22,467 nt of DNA. It comes from Archangiaceae bacterium (GTDB lineage: Bacteria; Myxococcota; Myxococcia; Myxococcales; Myxococcaceae). Shown one piece after another: positions 10,257 through 20,100 of the stretch. Location of the stretch: contig JAYVCD010000416.1 of the NCBI GenBank assembly GCA_043750125.1, positions 1-22,467 on the forward strand. Reading direction: 5' to 3'. Every line of letters begins with the position of its first letter. Position 1 is the first letter of the stretch. Position numbers and translations under genes: made by a program. The notes beneath the pieces are model-generated. The model did no database searches. It worked only from the letters and a program-made list of their open reading frames with translations, and was not told the DNA's origin.

Positions 10257-11110
10257 CGCCCGCTCCCCGGCCGAACCAGGTGCACCCCGCCCCCACCCGC
10301 ATTGAACGTCTTGCGCATCAGCACCGCGCACTCTTTGGCCGCGACCAGCGGGGGCAGCCCCCTGGGTCGAATGTTGCTCAGACAATTCTTCTCTGAGTTG
10401 TCCTGGTTCAAGCGGGGCTTGAACGCGGTGTAGATCGACAGCGAATCACCCGTGCCCAGGCCCGGCCGTTCGCCGACCAGAATCACGGTCGAGCGCGCCT
10501 GGGTCAACGCGCCGATTTCGTCCTGCACTCCGATGCGCGCGAACCGCACGAAGATCGGCTTGCCCACGCTCAGCCCCACCGCCTTCAGCTCTTTGCCCAG
10601 CGCAGCCACCAACACCTCGCCCTGCTCGAGAATCGCCCACGAGGCCAGACCGTCGGCGGCGATGATCTGCACGTCGACGCCACGGGTGGCTTCAGCCTCG
10701 AGTCTCTTCCGGCTCTCGTCGTTCAGCCTGCGACCGTGCTCGGGGTAGAGCAGGTAGTCCTCTTTGTCTTTCGCGCACGTCTCCAGCGCGATCGCGCCGA
10801 GCTTCGCCGCGAAGTCGTCGGGCACCTCGCTTTGCACCGCGTCCAGCGCGATCGCGTGCTCGGCACGAAGACCGACGTAGACCTTGGTGAGGTACCGGGT
10901 GCCGGTGCGGCCCTGGACGATGCGCGCCGGGGTCTGCTCGACGATGCGCTTGAGCTCGCGCGCGTCGCGGGGCGGAGGAACCTTCACCACCCTCGGAACA
11001 CACCCATCGACGCACGCCTCGACCAGAGCGCTCTTGCGCGGGGAATCCTCGCCCGCCCGTTCGAGCTCTTCGCGCAGCACCTTGCGCACCAGGTCTTCGA
11101 GCTCGCTCAT
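10253..11110 (-). CDS. eutC: Ethanolamine ammonia-lyase small subunit
   Basis: TPARI..GRTGTRY, HAIALDAV, YLLYPEHGRRL, DVQIIAADGL, LVGERPGLGTGDSLSIY and KNCLSNI. Confidence 0.96.
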   Translation of the reverse strand: MSELEDLVRKVLREELERAGEDSPRKSALVEACVDGCVPRVVKVPPPRDARELKRIVEQTPARIVQGRTGTRYLTKVYVGLRAEHAIALDAVQSEVPDDFAAKLGAIALETCAKDKEDYLLYPEHGRRLNDESRKRLEAEATRGVDVQIIAADGLASWAILEQGEVLVAALGKELKAVGLSVGKPIFVRFARIGVQDEIGALTQARSTVILVGERPGLGTGDSLSIYTAFKPRLNQDNSEKNCLSNIRPRGLPPLVAAKECAVLMRKTFNAGGGGVHLVRPGSGR

Positions 11111-12516
11111 CGGCGCGGGCCCGTCGCAAACAGGCTGGCGTCACCGGCGCGCGAAGTCAGCTTCCCGTTGCGCCACAAGCCCATCGATTCCATCCACTGC
11201 TCGAACTCGGGCGCGGGCCTCAACTTCAAGATCTCGCGCAGCGCGGCGTTGTTGTGAAACGACGTCGTCTGGTAGTTGAGCATCACGTCGTCGCCCATCG
11301 GAATGCCCATCAGGTAGTTGACGCCCGCCATCGCGAGCAGCATCTCGAGATTTTCCTGGTCGTTCTGGTCCGCGTTCGCGTGGTTCGTGTAGCAGGCGTC
11401 GCACCCCATCGGGATGCCCAGCAGCTTGCCCATGAAGTGATCTTCGAGCCCGGCGCGGGTGATTTGCTTCGCATCGCGCAGATATTCGGGGCCGATGAAG
11501 CCGACCACGCTGTTGAGCAGAAACGGCTGATAGCGGCGCGCCAGCCCGTACGCCCGCGCTTCCATCGTCACCTGGTCGGTGTCGTGGTGGGCATTGGCCG
11601 ACAGCGCCGTCCCCTGCCCGGTTTCGAAATACATCACGTTCGGACCCTGCGCCGTGCCCTCGCGCCGGGTGAGATCGAGCGCTTCGTCGAGCAGCTTCAC
11701 GCTCACTCCGAAGTTCCGGTTCGCCCCTTCTGAACCCGAGATCGACTGGAACATCAGGTCGAGCGGGGCGCCCTTTTTCTCGATCGCTTCCATCTGGACG
11801 GTGAGGTGGGCGAGCACGCAGTTCTGGGTCGGGACCCGGAACTTTCGCATCAGGTCCTTGGTCGCCTTGAGGATATCGGCGCACTTCTCGATGTCGTCGG
11901 TCGAGGGGTTGACCCCGATTACCGCGTCGCCATTGCCGTAGCTCAGCCCGTCTTTCACCGCGGCGAGCACGCCTTCGACTTCGTCCCGCGGGTGGTTGGG
12001 CTGCAGCCGAGAGCTGATCCGCCCGTCGAGACCGATGGTGTTGTTGCAGCGCGCGGTTACCCGAATCTTCCGCCCGGCCATCACCAGGTCCATGTTCGAC
12101 ATCAGCTTCGCCGCCGCAGCCGCCATCTCAGGCGTCAGCCCGAACGAAATTTCTGACACCTGCTCGCCGGTCGTCGCCGCATCGAGCACCCATTCGCGCA
12201 GCTGCGCCACCGACCAGCCGCAGATCTTCCGGTACGCGCGATCGGCCTGCGGCTTCTGCAGGTCGTCCTCGATCACCCGCGTCACTTCATCGAGCTCGTA
12301 CGGAACCGACGGGCTCTCGCGCAGCTCTTTCATCGTCACGTCGGCCAGCACCAACTTTGCCGCCGCCATCTCTCGCATCGACCGCGCCGCCAGGCCCGCC
12401 TGGACGTCACCCGACCGCGGCTCGTTTGCCCGCGCCAGCACGTCCTTCATCGATGGAAAGGTGTACGTCTCACCAAACAGGGTCGTAGAGAGCTTGCGCA
12501 CCGCGGCGCCGAACAT
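11107..12516 (-). CDS. eutB: Ethanolamine ammonia-lyase large subunit (B12-dependent); alternative GTG start at 12501
   Basis: KLSTTLFG..Y.F, RSGD..AG.AA, RLQPNHPRD, GDAVIGVNP, MYFETGQG, VVGFIGPEYL, RAGLEDHFMGKL.G.PMGCD.CYTNH and DDVMLNYQTTSFH. Confidence 0.98.
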   Translation of the reverse strand: MFGAAVRKLSTTLFGETYTFPSMKDVLARANEPRSGDVQAGLAARSMREMAAAKLVLADVTMKELRESPSVPYELDEVTRVIEDDLQKPQADRAYRKICGWSVAQLREWVLDAATTGEQVSEISFGLTPEMAAAAAKLMSNMDLVMAGRKIRVTARCNNTIGLDGRISSRLQPNHPRDEVEGVLAAVKDGLSYGNGDAVIGVNPSTDDIEKCADILKATKDLMRKFRVPTQNCVLAHLTVQMEAIEKKGAPLDLMFQSISGSEGANRNFGVSVKLLDEALDLTRREGTAQGPNVMYFETGQGTALSANAHHDTDQVTMEARAYGLARRYQPFLLNSVVGFIGPEYLRDAKQITRAGLEDHFMGKLLGIPMGCDACYTNHANADQNDQENLEMLLAMAGVNYLMGIPMGDDVMLNYQTTSFHNNAALREILKLRPAPEFEQWMESMGLWRNGKLTSRAGDASLFATGPRR

Positions 12517-12750
12517 GGATCAGCCGGACGCCCGGCGTCGAGGAATGCCGCGTTCTCATTGGACGGTGCGCGTGAGGCAATTCCCCCTGGGACGGCCCAC
12601 CTTTTCAAAGCGGGTCATCGGAAGGTCCGAGCATGTGCGGGGCGATTGAAGAAGTTTGGGAGCCCGTTTGCATTGAACGGGTGGAAAAGGGTTGGCGAAA
12701 CTTGCCCCAACCACCTCTGGAATCGCTTCAAACCGATTGGCCGCCGAGGC

Positions 12751-12828
12751 GGTGTGACTTACCCCCAGTGGTGAGGCTGACCGTCGAACGGCGGGGGTCA
12801 ATCAACACCAGTGGGGGTAACCCACACC
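12751..12828. repeat. Long imperfect inverted repeat/hairpin in the pyc-eutB intergenic region
   Basis: GGTGTGACTTACCCCCAGTGGTG (12751-12773) matches the reverse complement of CACCAGTGGGGGTAACCCACACC (12806-12828) at 20/23 positions, with inner TGACC/GGTCA pairing. Confidence 0.75.
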
Positions 12829-13072
12829 AGGTCGAGGAAACCGCGGGGGTCCGGGGCCTTTTCGATGCTTCGCGGACCTCGTGCATGACGTGAACGGCTC
12901 GAACGCCTGGCCGACCGGAAGGAAGAGCTTCGAGTGGGCACGTCGGCGGTTCGTCCTCGGTGGAGCGCGCAAAGTCCCGCCCTTCTCGAAGACGTTTTCT
13001 GTTTCCAGAAGTCACCGCACCCGCCTGCTTTCCCTGCCCGCGACGCGACGTCCGGTTGGCTCGAACCACCGG

Positions 13073-13141
13073 AGACTCGAGAGCCAAACTGACGTCGGCC
13101 AGGTCCAACAACGTCCGCGCCAGCGAAGTGGTGGTGATGCG
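13073..13141 (-). pseudogene. Possible degraded remnant of an AbiEi/DUF559-type gene
   Basis: Reads RITTTSLARTLLDLADVSLALES, resembling the 'IPVTxPARTLLDLA' motif. The surrounding frame does not look coding. Confidence 0.3.
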
Positions 13142-13245
13142 TTCCCGTTTATTCGGGCCAACTTCAGCGTTCGCGAAACATCGAAGGCCGTCGTGACTTC
13201 GCTTAGCGCGGGCGTGAGTCCATGGGTGTCGAGGTCCCTGCCCCT

Positions 13246-16200
13246 TCAGTCGAGGACGACCAGCAGATCGCCGGACTGAACCCTGGCCTTGAGGGCGACC
13301 GGAAGTTCTTTCACCGTCCCAGCGCGGTGGGCACGGACGACCGTTTCCATCTTCATCGCTTCGAGCGTGAGCAACGCAGCGCCCGCCTCGACTTTCGCTC
13401 CGATCACCGCGTAGAGCCCGATGACGATTCCGGGCATCGAAGCGCCGATGTGTGCGGGGTTTGCCTTCTCAGCGGTGCGGCGCTCGGCCACCTGCGAGAC
13501 GAGCGACTTGTCTTTCACGGTGACCTGGCGGCCGTGACCGTTGAGCTCGAAGAAGACGGTGCGGTTTCCATCGGGAGCCGGGTTTGAGACCGCCTCGAGC
13601 GAGAGGACGAGCGTCTTTCCCGGCTCGAGATCCACCCAACGTTCCTGCCCGACTTCGAGCCCGTAGAAGTACGTCGGAGTGTCGAGGATCGAGACGTCTT
13701 CGTACCGGGCTCGGGCTTCGAAGAAGTCGTCGAGCACCCTCGGATACAGCGCATGCGACACGGCCTCGGCGCGGGTCGCGGGCCGACCGAGCCGGGTCGA
13801 GAGCATGCGGGCCCGCTCGTCGAGGTCCAGCGGAGGCAAGCTCTTTCCGGGCAGCCCTTCGACCCGCGGCATTCCTTTGAGCACCGCGGCACGAAGCTTC
13901 TCGGGGAACCCACCGGGGGGCTGCCCCAGCTGTCCTTGAAAATAGCCGACCACGCTCGAGGGGAAGTCGAGCCGATGGGCTTCGGCGATCAGCTTGCCTT
14001 CAGTGCGGCGCGCGGCTTCCTCGAGGGTGTCGGCGCGGACAATCAAATCGCCCTTCACCAGAAAGATCGCGAAGTCGCCGACCATCTTCGACGACGGGGT
14101 CACTTTCGGAATGTCGCCACACAACAAATTCACCAGCGCAAAGGCCTCTTTGACTTCCTGCCAGCGCGGCAGCAGCCCGAGCTCGGCGACCTGGGGGCGT
14201 AGGTTGGAATACTGCCCGCCGGGAATCTCATGGAAGTACACCTCGCTGGTGGCGCTCTTCAGGCCACACTCGAAGGGCGCGTAGAACTCGCGCACGTCTT
14301 CCCAGTAGTTGGCCAGGGGCTGCAGCTTCTTGTTGGTCAGGCCGGTGTCGCGCGGGTAGCCCCGCAGCGCAGCGACCAGGGCATTCATCGACGGTTGGCT
14401 GGTGAGCCCCGCCATCGGAGCCAGCGCCACGTCGACGATGTGCACCCCGTGATCGATCGCGGTGAGCAGCATCGCCACCCCGTTGCCCGACGTGTCGTGG
14501 GTGTGCAGGTGCAGCGGCAGCTTCACCGTCTGCTTCAACCGGTCGACGAGCAGCCCGGCGGCGCGAGGGCGCAGCAGCCCGGCCATGTCCTTGATGCACA
14601 GAAAGTGGGCGCCCATGTCCTCGATGCGGCGCGCGAGGTCCGCGTAATAGTCGAGCGTGTATTTGGGCCGCTTGGGGTTGGCGACATCGCCGGTGTAGCA
14701 AATGGCCACCTCGGCCACTTTCCCGGTGCGACGAATGCGATCGATCGACACCTTCATGCTGTCGAGGTCGTTGAGCGAGTCGAACACCCGAAAGACATCG
14801 ACCCCCGCCTCGGCCGCTTCGTCGATGAACGCCTCGACGACGTTGTCCGGGTAGTGGGTGTAGCCGACGGCGTTCGCTCCGCGCAGCAGCATCTGCTGCA
14901 TCAGGTTCGGAGCGGCCGCCTTCAGCTTCCGCAGGCGATCCCAGGGATCTTCGTGAAGAAAGCGGTAGGCGGTGTCGAAGGTCGCTCCTCCCCAGGACTC
15001 GAGGCTGAACAGCTCGGGGGCGAGGTGAGCGGTCGCGTGGGCAATCTTCAAGATGTCGAAGCTGCGCATTCGGGTCGCGAGCAGCGACTGGTGCGCGTCG
15101 CGCATGGTGGTGTCGGTGAGCAGCGGCCGGGTCTGCGAAAGCACCCACTGCGCCAGCCCTTCGGGGCCTCTGGCAGCGAGGATCTGCGCAGTCCCGTCTG
15201 GGGGAGGCCCGCGGGGGACCTCGGGGACGCGGGCCTCGAGCAGCCGGGTCGGCTGCAGCCGCTGCTCTTTCTTCACCGTCGGGTGCCCGTTGACGATCAC
15301 GTCGCCCAGGTACTGCAACAGCTTGCTGGCGCGGTCGCGGCGGGGTGAGAGCTGGAACAGCTCGGGGGTCTCGTCGATGAAGCGGGTCCACGTCTGACCG
15401 GCGAGGAACGTCGGGTGGGCGAGGACGTTCTCGAGGAACGGGAGGTTGGTCTTCACCCCGCGAATCCGGAACTCGCGCGCGGCCCGTTGCGCCTTCTTCA
15501 CCGTCTCTTCGAACGTCGACGCGTAGGCGATGATCTTGACCAGCAGCGAGTCGTACGCGGGCGAGATGTGCGCCCCGGTGTAGCCGTTGCCACCGTCCAG
15601 TCGAATGCCAAAGCCGGTCGCCGCGCGCCAGGCGGTCAGGGTCCCCGCGTCGGGCAAGAAGTTGTTCGCCGGGTCTTCGGTGGTCACCCGCAGCTGAATC
15701 GCGTAGCCGCGGGTCGAGATCGCCGCCTGGCTCGGAATGCGAATCTTCGGGGAAGACAGCGGCTCGCCCTCGGCGATGCGAATCTGCGCCTGGACCAGGT
15801 CGACGCCGGTGACCTGCTCGGTGACGGTGTGCTCGACCTGCAGCCGGGCGTTGACCTCGATGAAATAGAATTGATCTCCGTCGACGAGAAACTCGACCGT
15901 GCCCGCGTTGGTGTAGGCGGCGCCCTTGGCCAGCGACAGCGCGGCCGCGCAGATCCGATCGCGCAGCTGGGGAGCCAACGACGGAGCCGGAGCAATCTCG
16001 ATCACCTTCTGGTGGCGCCGCTGCACCGAGCAGTCGCGCTCGAAGAGGTGAACGAGGTTGCCGTGGTGGTCGCCGAGGTTCTGCACTTCGATGTGGCGGA
16101 CCTTCTCGAGAAACTTTTCGATGAAGACCACGTCCGAACCGAACGCGGCCAGCGACTCGCTCTTCGCCGAGGCCAGCGCCTCGGGGAGCTCGGCCCGCGA

Positions 16201-16734
16201 TCGCACCACCCGCATTCCGCGCCCGCCGCCTCCGTTGGCGGCTTTGACCAACACCGGAGCCCCGTGGGTGTCGAAGAATTTCTCGGCCTGGCTCAGCACC
16301 GCGTCGGCCGCACCGGTGAAGCTGGTGCCGGGAACGCAGGGGACTCCGACTTTTTGCGCCAGCGCTTTGGCCGCGACTTTGTCGCCCATCATCGCGACGA
16401 CTTCTGAAGTCGGCCCCACGAATCGAATTCCGCGCTTCACACACGCCCGGGCGAAATCGGGGTTCTCGGACAGGAAGCCGTAGCCGGGGTGAATGGCGTC
16501 GACGCCGGCGGCGACCGCCACGTCGAGAATCTCTTCAGAGCCGAGGTAGGCCTCGACCGGGCGCTTCCCGTGACCGACCCGATAGGCCTCGTCGGCTTTG
16601 TGCCGATGCTCGTGCATCCGATCTTCGTCGCTGTAGATGGCGACGGTGCGAATGCCCAGCTCGTTGCAGGCACGGAAGACGCGAATCGCGATCTCGCCGC
16701 GGTTGGCGCACATCAACTTTCGAATCGGGGCCAT
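13246..16734 (-). CDS. pyc: Pyruvate carboxylase (single-chain, 1162 aa)
   Basis: Biotin carboxylase domain (ANRGEIAIR, HPGYGFLSEN, GGGGRGM, RDCSVQRRHQK), carboxyltransferase (RDAHQSLLATR, WGGATFD, IKDMAG, HTHDT, PGGQYSNL, VTPSSK) and biotinyl motif EAMKM. Confidence 0.98.
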   Translation of the reverse strand: MAPIRKLMCANRGEIAIRVFRACNELGIRTVAIYSDEDRMHEHRHKADEAYRVGHGKRPVEAYLGSEEILDVAVAAGVDAIHPGYGFLSENPDFARACVKRGIRFVGPTSEVVAMMGDKVAAKALAQKVGVPCVPGTSFTGAADAVLSQAEKFFDTHGAPVLVKAANGGGGRGMRVVRSRAELPEALASAKSESLAAFGSDVVFIEKFLEKVRHIEVQNLGDHHGNLVHLFERDCSVQRRHQKVIEIAPAPSLAPQLRDRICAAALSLAKGAAYTNAGTVEFLVDGDQFYFIEVNARLQVEHTVTEQVTGVDLVQAQIRIAEGEPLSSPKIRIPSQAAISTRGYAIQLRVTTEDPANNFLPDAGTLTAWRAATGFGIRLDGGNGYTGAHISPAYDSLLVKIIAYASTFEETVKKAQRAAREFRIRGVKTNLPFLENVLAHPTFLAGQTWTRFIDETPELFQLSPRRDRASKLLQYLGDVIVNGHPTVKKEQRLQPTRLLEARVPEVPRGPPPDGTAQILAARGPEGLAQWVLSQTRPLLTDTTMRDAHQSLLATRMRSFDILKIAHATAHLAPELFSLESWGGATFDTAYRFLHEDPWDRLRKLKAAAPNLMQQMLLRGANAVGYTHYPDNVVEAFIDEAAEAGVDVFRVFDSLNDLDSMKVSIDRIRRTGKVAEVAICYTGDVANPKRPKYTLDYYADLARRIEDMGAHFLCIKDMAGLLRPRAAGLLVDRLKQTVKLPLHLHTHDTSGNGVAMLLTAIDHGVHIVDVALAPMAGLTSQPSMNALVAALRGYPRDTGLTNKKLQPLANYWEDVREFYAPFECGLKSATSEVYFHEIPGGQYSNLRPQVAELGLLPRWQEVKEAFALVNLLCGDIPKVTPSSKMVGDFAIFLVKGDLIVRADTLEEAARRTEGKLIAEAHRLDFPSSVVGYFQGQLGQPPGGFPEKLRAAVLKGMPRVEGLPGKSLPPLDLDERARMLSTRLGRPATRAEAVSHALYPRVLDDFFEARARYEDVSILDTPTYFYGLEVGQERWVDLEPGKTLVLSLEAVSNPAPDGNRTVFFELNGHGRQVTVKDKSLVSQVAERRTAEKANPAHIGASMPGIVIGLYAVIGAKVEAGAALLTLEAMKMETVVRAHRAGTVKELPVALKARVQSGDLLVVLD

Positions 16735-16779
16735 GGAGCCGTTCGTTTAGCGCGGCTGTGCTTCCGTGGCTGCTGTGAA

Positions 16780-17172
16780 TTACAGGGCTTCGGCGACGGG
16801 CGACCCGCAAAACGTGCGTGCGATTTTGAACAAATCTTCCAGCTCGATCGGCTTCCTCAGGCAGCCCTGGGCCCCGAGCTCTTTGAGCTTTTCGAAGGGG
16901 CGCGCATCGGCGGTGACGAGGACCACCGGAATGGCTGCGAGGGTGGGGTCTTTGAGCTGTTCGCTTCGAAACTGAGTCCCGTCCATCACGGGCATCATCA
17001 TGTCGAGCAGAATCAGGCCCGGCGCAAATTCGCCATTTCGCAACAGGGCGAGGGCCTCCAGGCCATTGCGGGCGAACAAGACCCGGTAGCCTTCTTCCGA
17101 AAGCAGCTCGACCATCGCGTTTCGAATGTCGTCATCGTCATCGATGATGAGAATGGACGGGGTCCGGTTCAT
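16780..17172 (-). CDS. Single-domain response regulator (receiver only)
   Basis: ILIIDDD, ILLDMMMPVMDG, VTA and LRKP. ATGA overlap with the kinase stop. Confidence 0.95.
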   Translation of the reverse strand: MNRTPSILIIDDDDDIRNAMVELLSEEGYRVLFARNGLEALALLRNGEFAPGLILLDMMMPVMDGTQFRSEQLKDPTLAAIPVVLVTADARPFEKLKELGAQGCLRKPIELEDLFKIARTFCGSPVAEAL

Positions 17173-20100
17173 GACCGGCCCTCGGCAGGGTTCGACGCCG
17201 GGGGACCGCGCAACGGGAGCGTTGCTTTGAAGGTCGACCCCTGCCCGACTTCACTGCTGACCTCGATTCGACCTCCATGCGCTTCGACGATTTGGCGAGT
17301 GATGTACAGGCCCAGGCCCAGCCCGCCGAAGTGTCGCGTCGGCACCGCCCGCTCGAACCGGCCGAAGATTCGCCCCAGATCTTCGGGTTGAATTCCAATT
17401 CCGCGGTCCTGGACAGTCAAGATCGCGCAGTCCCCCTCGAGCTGAAGCCGGATGTCGATCGGCTGACCGCGGCCGTACTTGATCGCGTTGGACACCAGGT
17501 TGGTCGCCAGTTGATCCAGGCGCAGGCGGTCCCATCGGCCGACCACGGGAGTCGCTGCCGAGAACCTGAGCGCAGAGCCTGCCGACCGGGCCTGGGGTTG
17601 ATGTCGCTCGAGGACGTCGCGCAACACACTGCCCAGCTCGAGGTCATCGGAATCGAGGGGAAACTTCCCCAAAGAGATTCGCGACACGTCGAGCAGATTT
17701 TCGACGAGCTGGGCCAGCCGGTGGGTGTGGCGGTTGGCTGCGTCGATTTTGTGCAGCACCTTCGCGGCCAGGTCGCCTTCCTGCTTTTGAACCAGGTGAC
17801 CGGCGCCCTGAATCTGAAGCTGCAACGCAGTCAGCGGAGTTCGAAGCTCATGGGCCGCGATGGCCAGAAATTCGTCGCGAACCTCGAGGGTCTGCTGCAG
17901 CTGCGCCACGAGCGTCTCGCGTTCTTCCCCCACCTTTCGCTGTTCATCGATGTTGGTGTTGATTCCAAACCATCGAATCACGCTTCCCGAAGAGTCCCGC
18001 AGGGGCCGAACCCGTGTGAGAAACCAACGAAACGCGCCATCTGCGCCGCGCAACGGAAATTCCATTTCGAACGACTGACCCGTCGAAATTGAGAGCAACC
18101 ATCGTTCGATCACGCTGTCGAGCAGCAGGGGATCGTGAACGGATTTCCAGCCCCACCCTTCCATCTGCTCGAAGGTCGTGCCGGTGTATTCGTACCAACG
18201 AGAATTGTAGAAATCGATGTTGCCATTGGCCTGGGCGCTCCAGGCCAGCTCGGGCAGGTTGGAAATCAGGTCGCGGAACTGACGCTCGTTGTCACGCAGC
18301 ACCATCTCGGCTTCTCGTTTCGCGGTGACATCTTCGAAGATGCCCAGCATGTAGCTCTGAGCGTCGAGCTGAATCGAGTCGAGGCTGTTCGAAACAATCA
18401 AGAACCTGCCGGACCTGGTCCGCACTCTGTTTTCCATGTTTCGCACCGACCCATAGCGCTCGAAATGCCGCCGAATGTGGTCGCGGCCGGCCAGATCCTG
18501 ATGCATTCCCAGCTCGACGCTCGTCTTCCCGATCGCCTCTTCCTTCGGGTATTCGAAGAGCTCGACCCAGGCCGCATTCACCGCGGCGATGATCAGGCTC
18601 GGCATCTGGACGAGGCAGATGGCGAAGGAGGCGTGCTCGAAGACTGCCGAGAATTTCCGTTCACTGGCTACCAACAGATCTTCGGCTAGCTTCCGCCTGG
18701 AAATGTCTTCGATTTCGATGATCGTCCCCGCGGGCGCCCCGTTTTCGAAGTGAGGACTGGCGGTGAAAGCGACCGGATAGAAGGTCCCATCTTTGCGGCG
18801 GAAGACGTCTTCGCCCCGTTCCCGACCGCGCTCGGGAAAAGCCCGGTCGATGGGACACTGCTCGATCGGGTAGCGGGAACCGTTGGGACGCGTGGGGTGC
18901 ACCACGTCATGAAGGGGACAGTTCAGGGCCTGCACTTCGGCGAAGGTGTAGCCAAAGATTTTTTCTGCCGCCGGGTTCATGAAAATGCAGTGCTGTTTTG
19001 CATTGAGCATCACCAGGCCGAGGGTCGCGTTGGAAGTGATGGTATCGGTCAGCCCGTGGGCGGCTTCCATTTCCTTGCGAGCGGCCTCGACCCTTTGTTG
19101 GGCGAGAACGTGTTCGGTGACTTCAATCGAGGAGCTGAGAATTCCTGAGACCTTGCCCTCGACGTCGTGCATCGCCTGGACGGTTACGTCGTACCAGCCT
19201 TCCTGGAGCATGCCGCCGCGCATTTGCTGGACAGGAAATTCGCGAACCGATTTCGACACTCCGCTGCGATAGACCTCGTCCAGCGAGAGGACGACGGGTT
19301 GTCCGGCCAACTCGGGAATCGATTCGGTCAGAGGTCGGCCGATGACAATTCTGCCGCCCGTCATTTCATCGTGCTTGGGGTTGGAAATGAGAGCGAGGTG
19401 GTTTGGACCTTCGTAGGCCGCGACCGCAAAGGGCGCTCCTTCCAGAAGCCGGGTCAGGCGGGTGCGCTCGAGCTCCAGGGTGAGCTCGACGCCCTTTCGC
19501 TGGGTGATGTCTTGAAAGCTGGCCGCGCGAAAAAGCACCTTGCCGCTCGGGTCCTTGAATTCGGTGACCTCGGCGAGCACCGGAAACTTCGAGCCGTCTT
19601 TGCGGACATGAACGGATTCGTAGACGGTGTGACCTGTCTGCTGAACCTCGCGAAGGATTCTGGCGAGAACGCCCTTCCATTCGCCTTCCAGCATGTCGAC
19701 CATCGGTCGGCCCACCCAGTCGGTGACGCTCGTTCCGTGCATTGCGGCGAAGGCGGCGTTGACTTCGATGAAGTGGTTGTCGGTCGTCGCGATGGCCATA
19801 CCCCACGCGGCTTGCCTGAAGGCGTGTTCCCACTTCTGGAGCGTCTGTTGCCTCGCGGTGTCTCGTTCCAACGCGGCGCCCAGAAGGCGAATCGAACGAT
19901 CCAGCGTTTCGCTCACGGCCGAGAAGCCTGCTCCAATCGCCCCGAACAGAAACAACCCCACGACCTCTTCGCCCGAAGAAACTTCCAGCGAGTGGATCGG
20001 AGGAAGCAGCCAATACGCCGAGGCCAGCATCGACAGCGCGGTGGCCAGAAGTCCGGGGCCCATGGCTCCGAACCAGGCAGCGAAGAAGACCGCGGGGAAG

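Noticed and set aside
12517-13245. Cobalamin riboswitch, RNase P RNA or retron msr/msd upstream of eutB
   Set aside because: I could not find the B12-box/GCCACTG or RNase P consensus on either strand, and no reverse transcriptase is nearby.
12556-13279. Short track ORFs in the pyc-eutB intergenic region
   Set aside because: No GC3 bias, no recognisable domains, and they overlap one another.
14228-16444. Long alternative-frame and antisense ORFs (e.g. 738 aa over pyc, 607 aa opposite fdh, 370 aa opposite the desaturase)
   Set aside because: Arg/Pro/Gly-rich or antisense shadows expected in high-GC coding DNA, with no motifs.
9579-16734. pyc co-operonic or metabolically coupled with eutBCL
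   Set aside because: Same strand, but separated by ~730 bp containing strong hairpins. No sequence evidence for coupling.
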